Shown here one piece after another: positions 12,999-62,757 of a DNA stretch of 64,000 bases (the stretch's first letter is position 1; each line of letters opens with the position of its first letter). This DNA comes from Octopus sinensis (taxonomy: Eukaryota). The notes beneath the pieces are model-generated. The model saw only the letters and a list, made by a program, of their open reading frames with translations, was not told where the DNA came from and searched no databases. A program made the translations under genes and the position numbers. The stretch covers positions 1 to 64,000 of the forward strand of contig NW_021832284.1 of the NCBI RefSeq assembly GCF_006345805.1, read 5' to 3'.

Positions 12999-13357
12999 AA
13001 AAATATTTGATTACACCTGCGTTAAACTCCATTTATTTATTCATATATTATTCAAAATATTCCACGTAAACACGAAGTTTCTACCTTTATAAACAAGGAG
13101 TTACAACATCTTTACTTGTGAGATTTTTGCTACCCTGGTAACTATTTATTTTTTCCGTGTTAATTGTTAACAAGGTAAAATACACTCATCTATTTATATA
13201 TATATATGTATATATATGTGTATGTATGTTTAAGGTTGAAAAGGAAAAGTATTTTAAAAAACCTCTTAGTTTCACCGAATTGTACCGAAATATCGATCCA
13301 TTTTTGTTGCTTTTTTCTTGTTTATAATCACCCTGCATTATCTTATGGTTAATACCG

Positions 13358-13610
13358 GAGGCGCAATGGCCCAGTGGTTAGAGCAGCGTTAGACCAGACC
13401 GGGCGTTGTGAGTGTTTATTGAGCGAAAACACCTAAAACTCCACGAGGCCATGTCACTCTCTGTGTCACGCTGAATATCTCTGAGAACTACGTTAAGGGT
13501 ACACGTGTCTGTGGAGTGCTCAGCCACTTACACGTTAATTTCACGGGCAGGCTGTTCCGTTGATCGGATCAACCGGAACCCTCCTCGTCGTAATCGACGG
13601 AGTGCTTCTT
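13358..13610 (+). mobile_element. tRNA-derived SINE (ggaggcgcaatggcccagtggttag family; also 14105-14510, 43397-43560)
   Basis: Pol III A/B-box-like head recurring in the window. Confidence 0.8.
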
Positions 13611-14782
13611 TTTTTTTTAGGTATTATAATACATTTGCTTAAAAAATTAAAAACTACAATTCGATTTAAACACAGATACATTTCCAACCCTACATTTGTT
13701 CATGTGTGGGAATATATCTCTTTTCTTCAAATATTTTTATGTATTTGTATGTGAATGAGTGTGTGCGTGCATGTATGTTTGTATGTTTATGTTTATATAT
13801 ACACACGTATCTGTCTATATCATTGTATATAACTTACACATATTTGTGTCTATGTATATCTACACATGCAAGAATACAAGACACTTTTATTATCATGGAG
13901 TTGTTAGTAAATTTATACCAAGAAATTTACAGAGCTCAGAGTGAGGCCGGTTGGATGATTGTCGTAGATATATTTAGTAAGAACATTCAAATAGTTTTAA
14001 AACAAAGTTAAGAATAAGGTATGGCAAACACATATTTTCAAATGCATCAATTAGTTATTAGAAATAATTTAAATGCAAAAGCAAGACATCAACAGCAGTA
14101 GCAAGTGGAGGCGCAATGGCCCAATGGTTAGGGCAGCGGACTCGCGGTAGGAGGATCGCGGTTTCGATTCCCAGACCGGGCGTTGTGTGTATTTATTGAG
14201 CGAAAACACCTAAAGCTCCACGAGGCTCCAGCAGGGCGTGGTGGCGACTCCTGTTGTACTCTTTTGCCCCAACTTTCTCTCACTCTTTCTTCCTGTTTCT
14301 TGTCCCCGACTTCCTACGCAACGGCTGAGACTGAATGCGCATTCATCTATCCGTCGATACTCTCGGTGTCGGGGGTTGGCCTGCTTTCTCTTCTGCGGGT
14401 CTTACGAATAGCAAAGGACTACGTTTCGGACTTCTCCCAAGAACGAAGACCGCTTCGCTCAACAAACAAACAAACAGCAGCAGCAATTTCTAATAACCAC
14501 AAGAAGATTTTAAAGACGAAACATTTTTAAAAGAAGAATTTAAAGAAAGACTAAGAATTTTTTCAAATAGATATTTAGACTCTTTATTTGTGCTTGTACA
14601 TATAATGGTTTACTTGACGTAATTTAGGATATAGGTCATTCAGAAAAACCTGCAAAGTATTAAAAAATGAAAAACTTTAGAAATCTTTAAAACATATCAA
14701 TATTTATCTATATAAAATACAATGTTTTCAATTCAAATACCGGGAAACAAGCAAGCTGAGAACTAAACAAAGTGAAGCAAAT

Positions 14783-14878
<96 letters not shown>

Positions 14879-14905
14879 GAGATAGATAGAGAGATTGATA
14901 GATAA

Positions 14906-14970
<65 letters not shown>

Positions 14971-14985
14971 GAGATTGATAGATAA

Positions 14986-15077
<92 letters not shown>

Positions 15078-15886
15078 CCAAACACAGACAGATAACTACA
15101 TTTTACTCTGAAAGAACCTTAAAAGATAAGAAATATAATGGTTAGCTCGGCTCTACGAGGAGGTGGTGATCGTTAGAACACCTTCGATCACAAGTCCACT
15201 CAGTCGAGTGAATTGCGATTAAGAAGAACAATGCAACTGTTAAATAATTAATGCAATTGTTATATGAATAACTAATTTATTCACAAACTAATAATATCTA
15301 ACGTGATTTTTTTAATTGTCTTCAATGTGTGCAGCGTGTAAAGTCCGTCTCAGAATTCACAATAGAAATACGGCTGCCCAATAATAATCCATTCTACTTG
15401 GAGCACAAGGCCTATAATTTGGGATACAAGGGACAAGTCGATTACATTAACCTTAGTACTCAACTATTTGTTATTTCATCGACCCCGGTGCGCAACTGGT
15501 TGTTATTTCATCGACCCCGAATGGATAAAAGTCGATCTCGGCGGAATTTGAACTCAGAACGTAAGGAAGAAAAAATGCTGCTAAACATTATACCAGTTTG
15601 CCACATTCGAATGTCAAATAACATCCTTTCTGCTAAAGGTAAAAGGTCTGAAACGTTGAGGGAGGGACTAGATGATTACAGCTGATACATATTCTGTAAA
15701 CCACCGAAGGGCAAATGCAGCCTCGGCGGAACTTGATTTCACGAATATCCAACAATATCGAGAGTAAACTTACCAACGTATACTGTGTCTTCGTCACCAT
15801 ACAAACCATGATGCTTTATAGCATGTTCGCAGATATGACATTGCTTTTTAGGAGCCTCTCCAGATGGTAACCGCACGAACACACAC

Positions 15887-15930
<44 letters not shown>

Positions 15931-16181
15931 AATCACATGGCCTCGTGATTAGAGCAGGACGATGTGTGTGTTTATGAGGGAAACTCCTAAGCTCCACGCG
16001 GCCCCTGCAGAAGATAATGGCGAACTACAACCGACTCTTTCACCACAACTTTCTCACAGTCTTTCTTCTGGCATCTAGAAGCTCACCTGCGACGGACCGG
16101 CGTCCCTGCCGGATGGGGAACCTACTCCAATGAAACCGGGGAACCGGCCCTTATGAGCCAGGCATGGATCGAGAAGGAACG

Positions 16182-16262
<81 letters not shown>

Positions 16263-16667
16263 CGCAGGAGTGGCTGTGTGGTAAGTAGCTTGCTAACCAA
16301 CCACTTTGTTCCGGGTTCAGTCCCACTGCGTGGCATCTTGGGCAAGTGTCTTCTGCTACAGCCTCGGGCCGACCAAAGCCTTGTGAGTGGATTTGGTAGA
16401 CGGAAACTGAAAGAAGCCTGTCGTATATATGTATATGTATGTATGTGTATGCGTTTGTGTGTCAGTGTTTGTACCCCTAGCATTCCTTACAACCGATGCT
16501 GGTGTGTTTACGTCCCCGTCACTTAGCGGTTCGGCAAAAGAGACCGATTGAATAAGTACTGGGCTTACAAAGAATAAGTCCCGGGGTCGATTTGCTCGAC
16601 TAAAGGCGGTGCTCCAGCATGGCCGCAGTCAAATGACTGAAACATGTAAAAGAGTAAAGAGTAAAGA

Positions 16668-16715
<48 letters not shown>

Positions 16716-16863
16716 CATATATATATATACACTTAGAAAAGGATGCGTGGCGTTCGATCATATATTAACATAAATGATAAAAATATATGTATATTTACAT
16801 ACATATATTTACATACCTAATTATTTTTCTCTTCTTCACCGTGCTCTCTTTCCCTCTCTCTCT

Positions 16864-16927
<64 letters not shown>

Positions 16928-17577
16928 TTCCTCCTTGGCTCTCTCGTTGCTGACACGTGACGAAAGGGAATCTATCTTTCTCTCCATTTCTCTCCTAAAG
17001 TCAAAACTGTCTCCTCTCATAGCTCATCCTCCTAGCGTTAATAATAATTTATCTATCGTCTTGGCTCAACAGCCTTCACCGTTTGTTTTTACTGTCTTGT
17101 TTTCACTGTCCTGTTCTTGTTACCACTTTCACCCTCCGCAAAAAATCCCAAAATTTATTTGATTTACTTTTCGGGAAGTACTGTTACAACGAAGTCGCGT
17201 ATTGTCCTTGCCTTCGCGAAGCAGTGTAGATGAAACAGGGGAAAATTATGAAGGGGAATATTCTTTATGTTGCATGTCTCGTTTCTCTGTATTTTTCGCT
17301 GTTCGAAAAAAAGTACGTTTTCTATGTTTTCGTTTTTATGTTTTCGTTTCTTATTGTGTTAAAAGTTTTTTTGATGTCCATAAGCAGGTATGCATGTATA
17401 TATACATATACGTAGGTATGTACTTATATGTATGTATATATGCATATATTTATACATTATTTTATTTATATATATATATATACGTAAGTACATGTATAAA
17501 TATACATTTATATATAAGTATATATATTTTTTTTTGTATATGCTTATATCTATATACGTATTTATATATATACATAC

Positions 17578-17737
<160 letters not shown>

Positions 17738-18504
17738 GTATGTATATATATATATGTATATATACATGTGTGTGTATGTCTGTGTGTGTTTGCGTAATGC
17801 TTTGCAGTATTTAATCTGCATCTACGTTCTCAGTTCAAATTCCGCCGAGGTTGTCTTTGCCTTTCACTCTTTCCGGGCCGATTAACTTTCTATTGTTCAT
17901 ATCTCCCCAACAATCATTGACTTATTCTGTTCAAAGAGATTTTAACCCAATATTTGCATTCTGTTATTTATATCTGAATCTCAGGCAACGAATTTGCAGA
18001 ATTGTTACTGCGCCGGGCAGAATCGTTACTGCGCTGAGTTCAATTTCCTCAGTGGTTGAATTTTGGCTTTCATTTTCTCAAAGCTAATGAAATAAGTACC
18101 AGTTGAGCACTTGGGCTGACGTAATCCACTTTCCTTCCACAAAATTTGTAGCGATCTGCCAAAATTTGTAACCATTATTATAAAAATAAAGCCAGAGAGC
18201 TGGTTCAATCGTTTCTTCACCGCAGAAATACTTAGCAGAATTTCGTCCATCTTGGCATATTGGATCCAGATTCCGCCCAGGTCAAGCAGTGCCTCTCATT
18301 CTTATCTAATCAATAAAACAAGTACTACTTGAAGACTGGTCCCCATTTTATCAACTTACAACCTCACAAGAAATTATTGGATTTCGACTAAAATTTGAAA
18401 AGTGTATTACAATTATACTTGAAAACAACGAAGAACAAATTATTTGCCTAAAATTACCAGTTCAATGAAAATGCATTAATAATAATTACAAAACCTTTAC
18501 TCAC

Positions 18505-52898
<34,394 letters not shown>

Positions 52899-53294
52899 GT
52901 TGCTCTGTGAATACTCGGCAAATGATGTACGTTCCTCATATCTTCACATCTATATATAGAGGGATGTATATATGCGTGTGTGTGTGTGTGTGTGTTGTGT
53001 GTGTGTGTGTGTGTGTGTGCGTGTGTGCCTGTGTGCGTGTGTGAATGTAAGCAAGTGTATGTATTTGTATAAGCGTGTATATGGCCTGGATTTTTATACG
53101 TGTTTATCTCTATGTATATATGTGTGTGTGTGTATTTGTATATATGTGTGTATTTGTATATATGTGTGTATATCTATATACATAAAAGCCAACATGCTTG
53201 CATACATACGTGCATACGAGTTTGTTTTTTTATATCACCGAAATTGGCATGTTCATACATCAATCGAATTATATGTGCGCGTGTGGATTTGTAT

Positions 53295-53350
<56 letters not shown>

Positions 53351-53975
53351 ATATATATATATATATGTATGTATGTATGTTTGTATGTATGTATGTATGT
53401 ATGTATATATGTATGTATGTATATATGTATGTATGTATATGTATGTATGTATATATGTATGTATGTATGTATGGTATGTATGTATGTGTATGTGTGTATG
53501 TATGTATATATGTATGTATGTATATATGTATGTATGTATTATGTATGTATGTATATATGTATGTATGTGTGTGTGTGTGTGTGTTTTATGTGTGTTGAAG
53601 TGTATGAGTATATATGTGCGTGCATGCACGTGTACGTGTGTGCATGTGTGCATTATTATTCACAGGTTTCTTACATTGGATTCCTATAAAAGAAAAAAAG
53701 AAAACAAGAAAATAAACTTAATACCAACAGGTGTTTTCTTTTTCATTGTTTGAAATCACGTTTGAAAACATTGTCAATATTTATTTCAGTTCTTACAAAT
53801 AACCATCAATATTCTAACACAACTTTCAATAAGTGGACTGTTGTTTTAACGCATTTTTAGAACCTCAACGATTAAGTACACGCCTTAAAGCATCTGCTGC
53901 CATTTTACTTAATCACGATCAGAACTTGTTTTAAATCATAATACATAACATAAAGACATATCGATATTCTTATCC

Positions 53976-54044
<69 letters not shown>

Positions 54045-54618
54045 CATCATTATTATTGTGTGAGAGAGCAGTGCATGCCATCAAAGTGACACTGGGGTAA
54101 AATATACGAAGCCCAGTATACCCGTCACGACTACCCATCTGATAAGGGTACGCTAGGCACATGCATTACAACTATATGTGTGCGACATGGTGATCTCATA
54201 TCAGAATAAACAGCACATCACCTTGCAGGTGGGACCCAATTACAATTATCTTCTGGTCGAGTAGCCCATCTCGCTCAAAAGGTCCCTGAATAAGGGTTGT
54301 TTAAAGATGTTGAACGAAACACCCATGTTTCCAGAGGTGAATTTTTCAAACTCCAAAGAATCCCTCTCAACACATGTCTGAAATGCTCCCCCACTACTTC
54401 TGCTCATGATCAGAGATGCACATATCGTCAGCCACTAAGGGACATGGTCAACTGGTTAAGGTCAAACAACTGACAGGCAAATCTGTGATATTGAGCAGTA
54501 TGTTTGCTGTATCCCATCTTTTATACCAAGACAAAACAATGTACATGATAACACTTCCAATCAGTTAAGATCAGAAGCCATGAGAGCCACTGTCTGGTAC
54601 TGCATCAGAGCATTTATG

Positions 54619-54693
<75 letters not shown>

Positions 54694-54696
<3 letters not shown>

Positions 54697-57181
54697 GTTT
54701 GACCTTTGCTTTATGTCTGTACAATTTGGCTCCAAGTCTCACCCAGAGACCTCAAGAGACAACAGGTTGGAAGTTCACATTGTTGTTATGCCTAGTGTGC
54801 CATATATTTTTTTTTGGGGGGGGGTTGTGTTGTACTAGTGAATGTCTAATACATAAAAATAAAAAAAATAAATAGAAAAATAAAATTTAAAAAAATTTTT
54901 TAAATAAAATAAAAAAGTTTGTTGTAAACCTTGGGATTACATAGAGAGTATTTTGCGTAGGATATGAGCAGTTCCCATGAGCACTATCTTTTGAATTTCT
55001 GCCATTTTGGGGTTTCCTGGTATCTGAGTTAGGTAGCTATCATTCCCAGGGCACCTATGACAACAGGTATTGTTTTAGTCTTCAGCTTCCACATTTTTGC
55101 TGATTTCTATTTCAAGATCTTTATATTTGCTCAGTTTTTGGTAGGTCTTGACAGATACGTTTATATCGATTGGGACAGTCATATCAATGAGGAGGCATGT
55201 TCTTTGTCTGAAGTCTTTCAATATGATGTCTGGCCTATTTGCATCTATCTTCCTGTCAGTTTGAATGGTGAAGTTCCAGAGGAGTGAGATGTTGTCATTT
55301 TCAAGCACTGAAGGTGGATTGTGCTCCCACCAGTTTTTTTCATGGGGCAAATCCAGGTTTTTGCAAATTACCCAGTGAATATATTGTGCAGCTCTATCAT
55401 GCCTGTTGAGGTACTCTGTAGGCGCTAGAAGACTGCATTTGGAGACAACATGATCAATGGTTTCATTTTGTTGTCGGCATACACGACATGTTGGGCTACT
55501 GCCGTTCTTTAATATGTTGGCCTGGTAGTTTCTTGTTGGTAGGCATTGATCTTGAGCTGCTATGATAAACCCCTCTGTTTCAGATTTTAAGCCAGAGGCC
55601 ATTAGCCATTGATGGGTCAGGGCTTTGTCAATATCTGCATTATTCGCTCTCTTTGGGTATTTGCCATATAGAGGTTTTTCTTGCCATTTATTATTCAGAA
55701 TATCTAAGGCCGCAGTTTTGGCACGGGTTTTCATGCGCCTAGCTTTTTCTGTGCTTGTTTCTTGTATGTCTATCTCTGATTCCGAAATTGGTTGTATTCG
55801 GAATTCACTTAGATATTCCTTTGCCTGTTTTGTGACTGAGTATGATGCTTTCTTGTTTTCATGTTTTGAGACAAGTTTTAACATCCAGTCCTCAGAGCTT
55901 TTCAGGTAGGTGTCTAGGCCAATTGTAGCAATCTTCATTGTTATTGCCAGTTGCAAAAGACCACGGCCTCCCTCTTTTCTTGGCAGATAAAGTCGTTCTG
56001 TATCTTCCTTAGGGTGGTGCATTCTATGCATTGTCAACAGTTTTCTTATTTTTCTGTCGAGCTGACATATTTCAGTAATTGACCAGTTAACAATATTGAA
56101 ACTGTAAGTCACGACTGGTATCGCTTCGATCCTGTTTCTTGCATTCAGCTCTGTCTTGAGTATTGCTCTCACTCTTCGATAGCATTCTCTCCTGATCCTT
56201 TCCTTCATCTCTGAATGCCTTATTCCGTTCCCTTCAATTACCCCTAGGTACTTGTAGCTCTCCGCTGGGTCTAGTTCTTTTATGACATTCTGCTGGTCAA
56301 GGTTAACGTTAGATGTTTCTGTCATTTTTCCTTTGATAAAGGTAGCTTTTGCACATTTATCAAGGCCGAATTGCATTCTGATGTCGTCACTGAATTGTTT
56401 GACTATCGCTAGTAAGCCCTTGAGTTGTTGATCATTTTTTGCAAAAAGCTTTAAATCATCCATGTAAATGAGATGATTTATATTTTTATCAAACATTTTA
56501 TACCCGTACTGCGCGTCATTGAGCAGCTTCGAGAGAGATATTAAAGATAAACAAAAGAGGAGTGGTGACAGTGAGTCACCCTGGAAAATGCCACACGAAA
56601 TTTTTACATCACCAGCATTTAGGGATTCATTGTCACTGTTCAGAGTTAGTGTGGTTCTCCATGATCTCATATTTACAGTCAAGAAGTTTCGCAGAGTAGG
56701 TGCTATCTTATACATTTCCAGGCATTTCCTAATCCAGCCATGTGGTAGGCTATCAAAAGCCTTTTTATAGTCTATCCAGGCTATTGATAAGATTTTGTGT
56801 CGTTTGTGACAATCTTCTAAGATCATCTTATTGATGAGTAGTTGGTCTTTACAGCCGTAGGATCCACGTTTACATCCTTTCTGTTCATTAGGGAATACGC
56901 TGCTGTCTGTTAAAAAACTATAGATATATTCCGTCAGGACAGATGTTAGCGTTTTGTACATAGTTGTTAAGCAGGTTATGGGTCTATAGTTTTTTGGTTC
57001 ATTTGTTTCTTCACTTTTTGGAAGCAGGAATGTTAACCCATTAACTAGCCAAGGAGGCATCCTACTAGGGTGTTGCAAAACATCATTGTACAGTTCTGTT
57101 AGCAGTTCATGGCTCTCTGGGAAGGCATTCAGCCAGAAGTTAGGAATTTTATCCTTTCCTGGAGACTTCCATTTGCTTGAC
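54694..57181 (-). mobile_element. 5'-truncated R4/Dong-like RLE LINE (element A)
   Basis: ORF 55075-57078: WIDYKKAFDS, GIFQGDSLSP, YMDDLK, CRVC...H...C, RPDI...IDM; (TAA)n tail. Confidence 0.93.
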
Positions 57182-57193
57182 CTTATTATTATT

Positions 57194-57229
<36 letters not shown>

Positions 57230-57244
57230 ATTATTATTATTATT

Positions 57245-57735
57245 ATTGCCTTTGCACAGCTTCTAATGCTGGAGATGTATTACAGTGTCAGCTGTTCACT
57301 ACAAGTGAACTAAGGTAACACCTCTTATTTTTCGAGGACCTTCCGGAGTATTCGAGCGGTTCCAAGCAGTGCTATTTTTTGCAAGAGCTCCGCCCTTTTT
57401 GCAGCCCCTATTCCTTCCACGTACTTCTAGAGGCTTTTGCTCTCTGTTTCCAGGGCTCCGACAATTATTGGTACTACTGCTTCCTTTTTCATCGCCCACA
57501 ACTGCTTTACTTCCCAGCTAACCTGTCATATCTCTCAACTTTTCTTTCTTCCTTATCGCATACCTTATTGTCGGCTGGGCATGCTATATCTATAATCCAT
57601 CATAGTTTGTTTTCTTTCCCAATTAAGACTATGTCCGGCTTCGTATTCTGTATCTCATAGTCGCACTGAATCATAAAATCCCATACAATCTTTGCATTTC
57701 CATTTCGACGATACCTTCAGGTTTGTAGTGGTACC
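57245..57735 (-). mobile_element. Short degenerate RLE LINE 3' fragment (element B)
   Basis: KIVWDFMIQCD...KPDIVL endonuclease remnant between (TAA)n/(CAA)n runs. Confidence 0.7.
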
Positions 57736-57738
57736 AAT

Positions 57739-59133
<1,395 letters not shown>

Positions 59134-59169
59134 TTATTATTATTATTATCATTATTATTATTATTATTA

Positions 59170-62100
59170 TTATTACTTTTTTTTTCTTCTTTCAAATTTT
59201 CTTCCATTTCTTGCCGAGTGTCTTCCCGACTCCTAGGGCAAAGAAACTCATAGTGTATATTGGTAGGCTATTAAACCAAACTCAGTAGTTCGTTCATTTT
59301 TTTTTTTTTTTTTTTAAGTTAAATTAAAATACATGAGCAGCAACAGTTCTCACATCGACAATGCTCTTCTCAATACGTGTGATGTACCAGTTAAGACAAT
59401 CTTTTGCACTTCTTGCAGGGATGGTAAGCCAGGGATCATTCTCATATAATTTTCGGTTCCCTTCTTGATCATTCCTAGTGCTCCTACGATCACTGGTATT
59501 GTAACCGCCTTGAGATGCCACATTTTCTCAATTTCAATGAGTAGGTCTTTATATTTTCTGAGCTTGTCAAACTCTTTCGCTGAGATATTATGATCACAGG
59601 GGATGCTCATGTCGATCAATAAGCAAACTTTATTGTTTTGGTCTTTCACAACAATATCTGGTTTATTGGCCTTGGTGGTTCGGTCTGTATGTACTGGAAA
59701 GTCCCACAGAATGGTTACATTTTCTCCTTCAGTTACAGCCTCAGGGTGGTGATTATACCACTTGTCGGCAGTTTTGATATTGTAATGCCGACGTATTAGC
59801 CAGTGGAGATATTGGCCAACTCTGTCATGTCTTAATTTATACTCCACTGGTGCTAAGACTTTACATCCAGAGATTAGGTGGTCCACTGTTTCAATCATGT
59901 CGTTGCAGAATCGGCATTTTGGGTCTGCTCCATTTTTCATCACATTGGCCTGGTAGTTCCGGGTTAATAGGCTTTGGTCTTGAGCAGCCAGGATGAAACC
60001 TTCGCTCTCTGCTTTTAGCCCTGAGCTCCGCAGCCACTGATGGGTTTGCTTCTGGTCAACATCAGCTTGTTTGCTGCGGGTCACATATTTGCCGTGCAGA
60101 GGTTTCTCCTCCCACCTATCAGCCAATTGCTCGTGCGCTTTTTTCATTGCCATCATTTTCACCTTCTTTGCAACAATAGTTGCCGTACTTCCCTCGGGTT
60201 GTTCAGTTTGGGTATCCTGCACGAGATCAATAGCAATTTTTTTGCTTTCCTTGATGATAGAATGAAGCTTCTTTCGTCTCTCGTGATTTTCCACGAGCTT
60301 TAGCATCCAGTCATTCGATATTTCGAGATATTTGGCCAGTCCAATTGTGGTTGTTTTGTAAGCTAGTTCAAATTGGATCAGGCCTCGACCTCCTTGGGCT
60401 CTGGGAAGGTAAAGGCGATCTACGTCTGCCTTTGGGTGGTGCATCCTATTACAACTCAGCAGCTTGCGTATTTTCCTATCTATATTCTTTACTTCACTCA
60501 TATTCCAGTTCAACACATTGTAGCTATAAGTAACAACTGGAACTGCTAAGGAATTTATAGCTAACACCTTGTTACGTGCATTTAGTTCAGATTTCAGGAC
60601 TGCACGAACTCTCCTATAACATTCCTTCCTGATTTTCTCTTTCATGCTTGCATGCTGAATACCAGAGCCTTCATTTATCCCTAAATATTTGTATGTCTGT
60701 TCTTGCTCAAGCTCTCTTATGACTGTGTCAACATCTAACACGACTGAATTTGTGGTCTTCACTTTCCCTTTCTGGAAAGTGGCCTTGGCACACTTCTCAA
60801 GTCCAAACTCCATCCCGATGTCATCGCTGAATGCTTTCACGGTGCGCAATAGGCCTTCAAGTTCATTATTGTCTTTACCATAAAGTTTTAAGTCATCCAT
60901 ATAAAATAGATGGCTTATTTTTTTATTGGCAATTTTATACCCATACCCTGTTCTGTTTAATTCACTTGTAAGGGGTATTAGGGCTATGCAGAATATTAAA
61001 GGTGAAAGTGAGTCACCTTGAAAAATTCCACAGTTGATGTTTATATTTTCTGAGGCAAGTACTCCGTTAGAGTGGTATAATTGGAGATTCGTATTCCACA
61101 ACGACATATTGTGCTTCAGGAAGTTTGAAATCACAGGGGAAATTTTAAAGATGTCCAGCGATCTCAAGATCCATGGATGCGGTATACTGTCGAAGGCCTT
61201 TCTATAGTCAATCCATGCGGTGCTGAGATTTCTGCGCTTGTTGTGACAGTTCTCAAGGATCATACGATTGATTAGCAGTTGATCTTTGCATCCGTAAGAG
61301 CCTCGGCGGCACCCTTTTTGTTCAATGGGGAAAATATCGTTCTTCTCCATGAATGCATATGTTTTCTCCGCCAGGATAGATTTTAGGATTTTATACGTGG
61401 TGGATAGACAGGTTATAGGCCGATAGTTTTTTGGAAGGTTGGTTTCGTTATTCTTTGGGAGTAGGTAAGTAATGCCACTTGCTAACCATTCAGGTGTTTT
61501 CTTTGGGTCTCTCAAAATTCCATTGAGCAGCTGAACTAGCTTACCGTGTGCGCACGGGAGCGATGCGAGCCAGAAATTCGGCACCCTATCTTTACCGGGG
61601 GATTTCCAATTATGGGCCTTCGTGAGTGCCTTTCTTAGGTCTGCTATTGTGATGTCTTCCCATGCTTGTTGTTGTAAATTTTGGTAGGATCCTTCAGTTT
61701 GTATAATCCAGTCTGCATTTATGTTGTACGTCTTCTTGTCACTCCAAATCCTTTCCCAAAAGCTTTGAACTTCTTCCATGGGAGGGGGGTCTTTAACGGT
61801 TACTTTCTCCTTCCCTATTTCTCTGTAGAATTTTTTGGCATTGGATGTGAACAGCTTATTTTGCTTGTAAAACTTGTTTCTCTTCTCAAATCTTCGTATT
61901 CTTTGGGCTTTTGCTTGGACATTTTGTTTCAGCGTTTCTTTTATTGATATCAGTTCTTCTCTAGGTGAGGATCCAAATTTTCTCTTCATCTTTCTTCCTG
62001 TTCTGGATCTTACATCATTTTCACATATTAGTTCATTTAATATTGATATTTCCCCTCTCATAAATTCAATCTTTTTTTTTCAATTTTACTTCTCCAGGTT

Positions 62101-62675
62101 TGATTTCTTCCCAGGTTTTGTTTTCTTTGTTTTTTCGGGGGCATACAGCTGGTTTCAATTGCCCTAGCAGAAGCGTAAATAATTTCATTTAACTCAGTAA
62201 AATCAGGTTTTAATTCTCGTATTATTTCATTTGTTACATAGTTGCCAATTTGGATTTGTTTTTTATTTTGGTTTGTATTTGAGAGTTTATGAAGCGGTTC
62301 TCTATCATTCATACTTGTATGTCTTACAACTTCAAGCGTATTCAGGATTTTCTGCCTCATTTCTGCCATAGACTCTCTGTGTTCTTCAGCAAATGCGAGA
62401 ACTTCAGTTACTGTTGTTTTTTCGTTTTCCTGGCTATCTTTAACAGGTACAATAGAATTTCTTGTATCTTCAGGCCTTTGCGTACTTTGGTCAGATGGCA
62501 GTCTTTCAATTAAGCCTCGTGGCGGGCTATACTGTTCATCTGATTCTTCATTTCCTTTGTGTCTTATATTTATGTCATTTTCCGTTGCGTGCTTGATCGC
62601 ACTTATTTCACTGTCTGTGAGTCTGTTATTTCTAAAGATATCCCTCCTCACATTTGCTAATTTGTTCTTGTCCAA

Positions 62676-62677
<2 letters not shown>
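59170..62677 (-). mobile_element. Long R4/Dong-like LINE (element D) with RT, CCHC and RLE
   Basis: ORFs 62058-62675 and 59350-62061 are separated only by an A9 homopolymer slip; all RT/RLE motifs present. Confidence 0.94.
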
Positions 62678-62741
<64 letters not shown>

Positions 62742-62757
62742 TTATTATTATTATTAT

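Larger units (their letters stand above)
9870..13198 (+). mobile_element. Penelope-like retroelement with ~465 bp direct pseudo-LTRs (9870-10338, 12734-13198), ending in (TA)n
   Basis: RT motifs FIQFDISNFYSSI, IPMGS, YRDD, FLDITL; GIY-YIG (SIYQC...FYIGIT); C-terminal CLLC...CKH; direct repeats. Confidence 0.92.

Noticed and set aside
13358-13430. tRNA-like sequences (also 14105, 43397, 21520)
   Set aside because: These are SINE heads followed by SINE bodies; no complete cloverleaf is supported.
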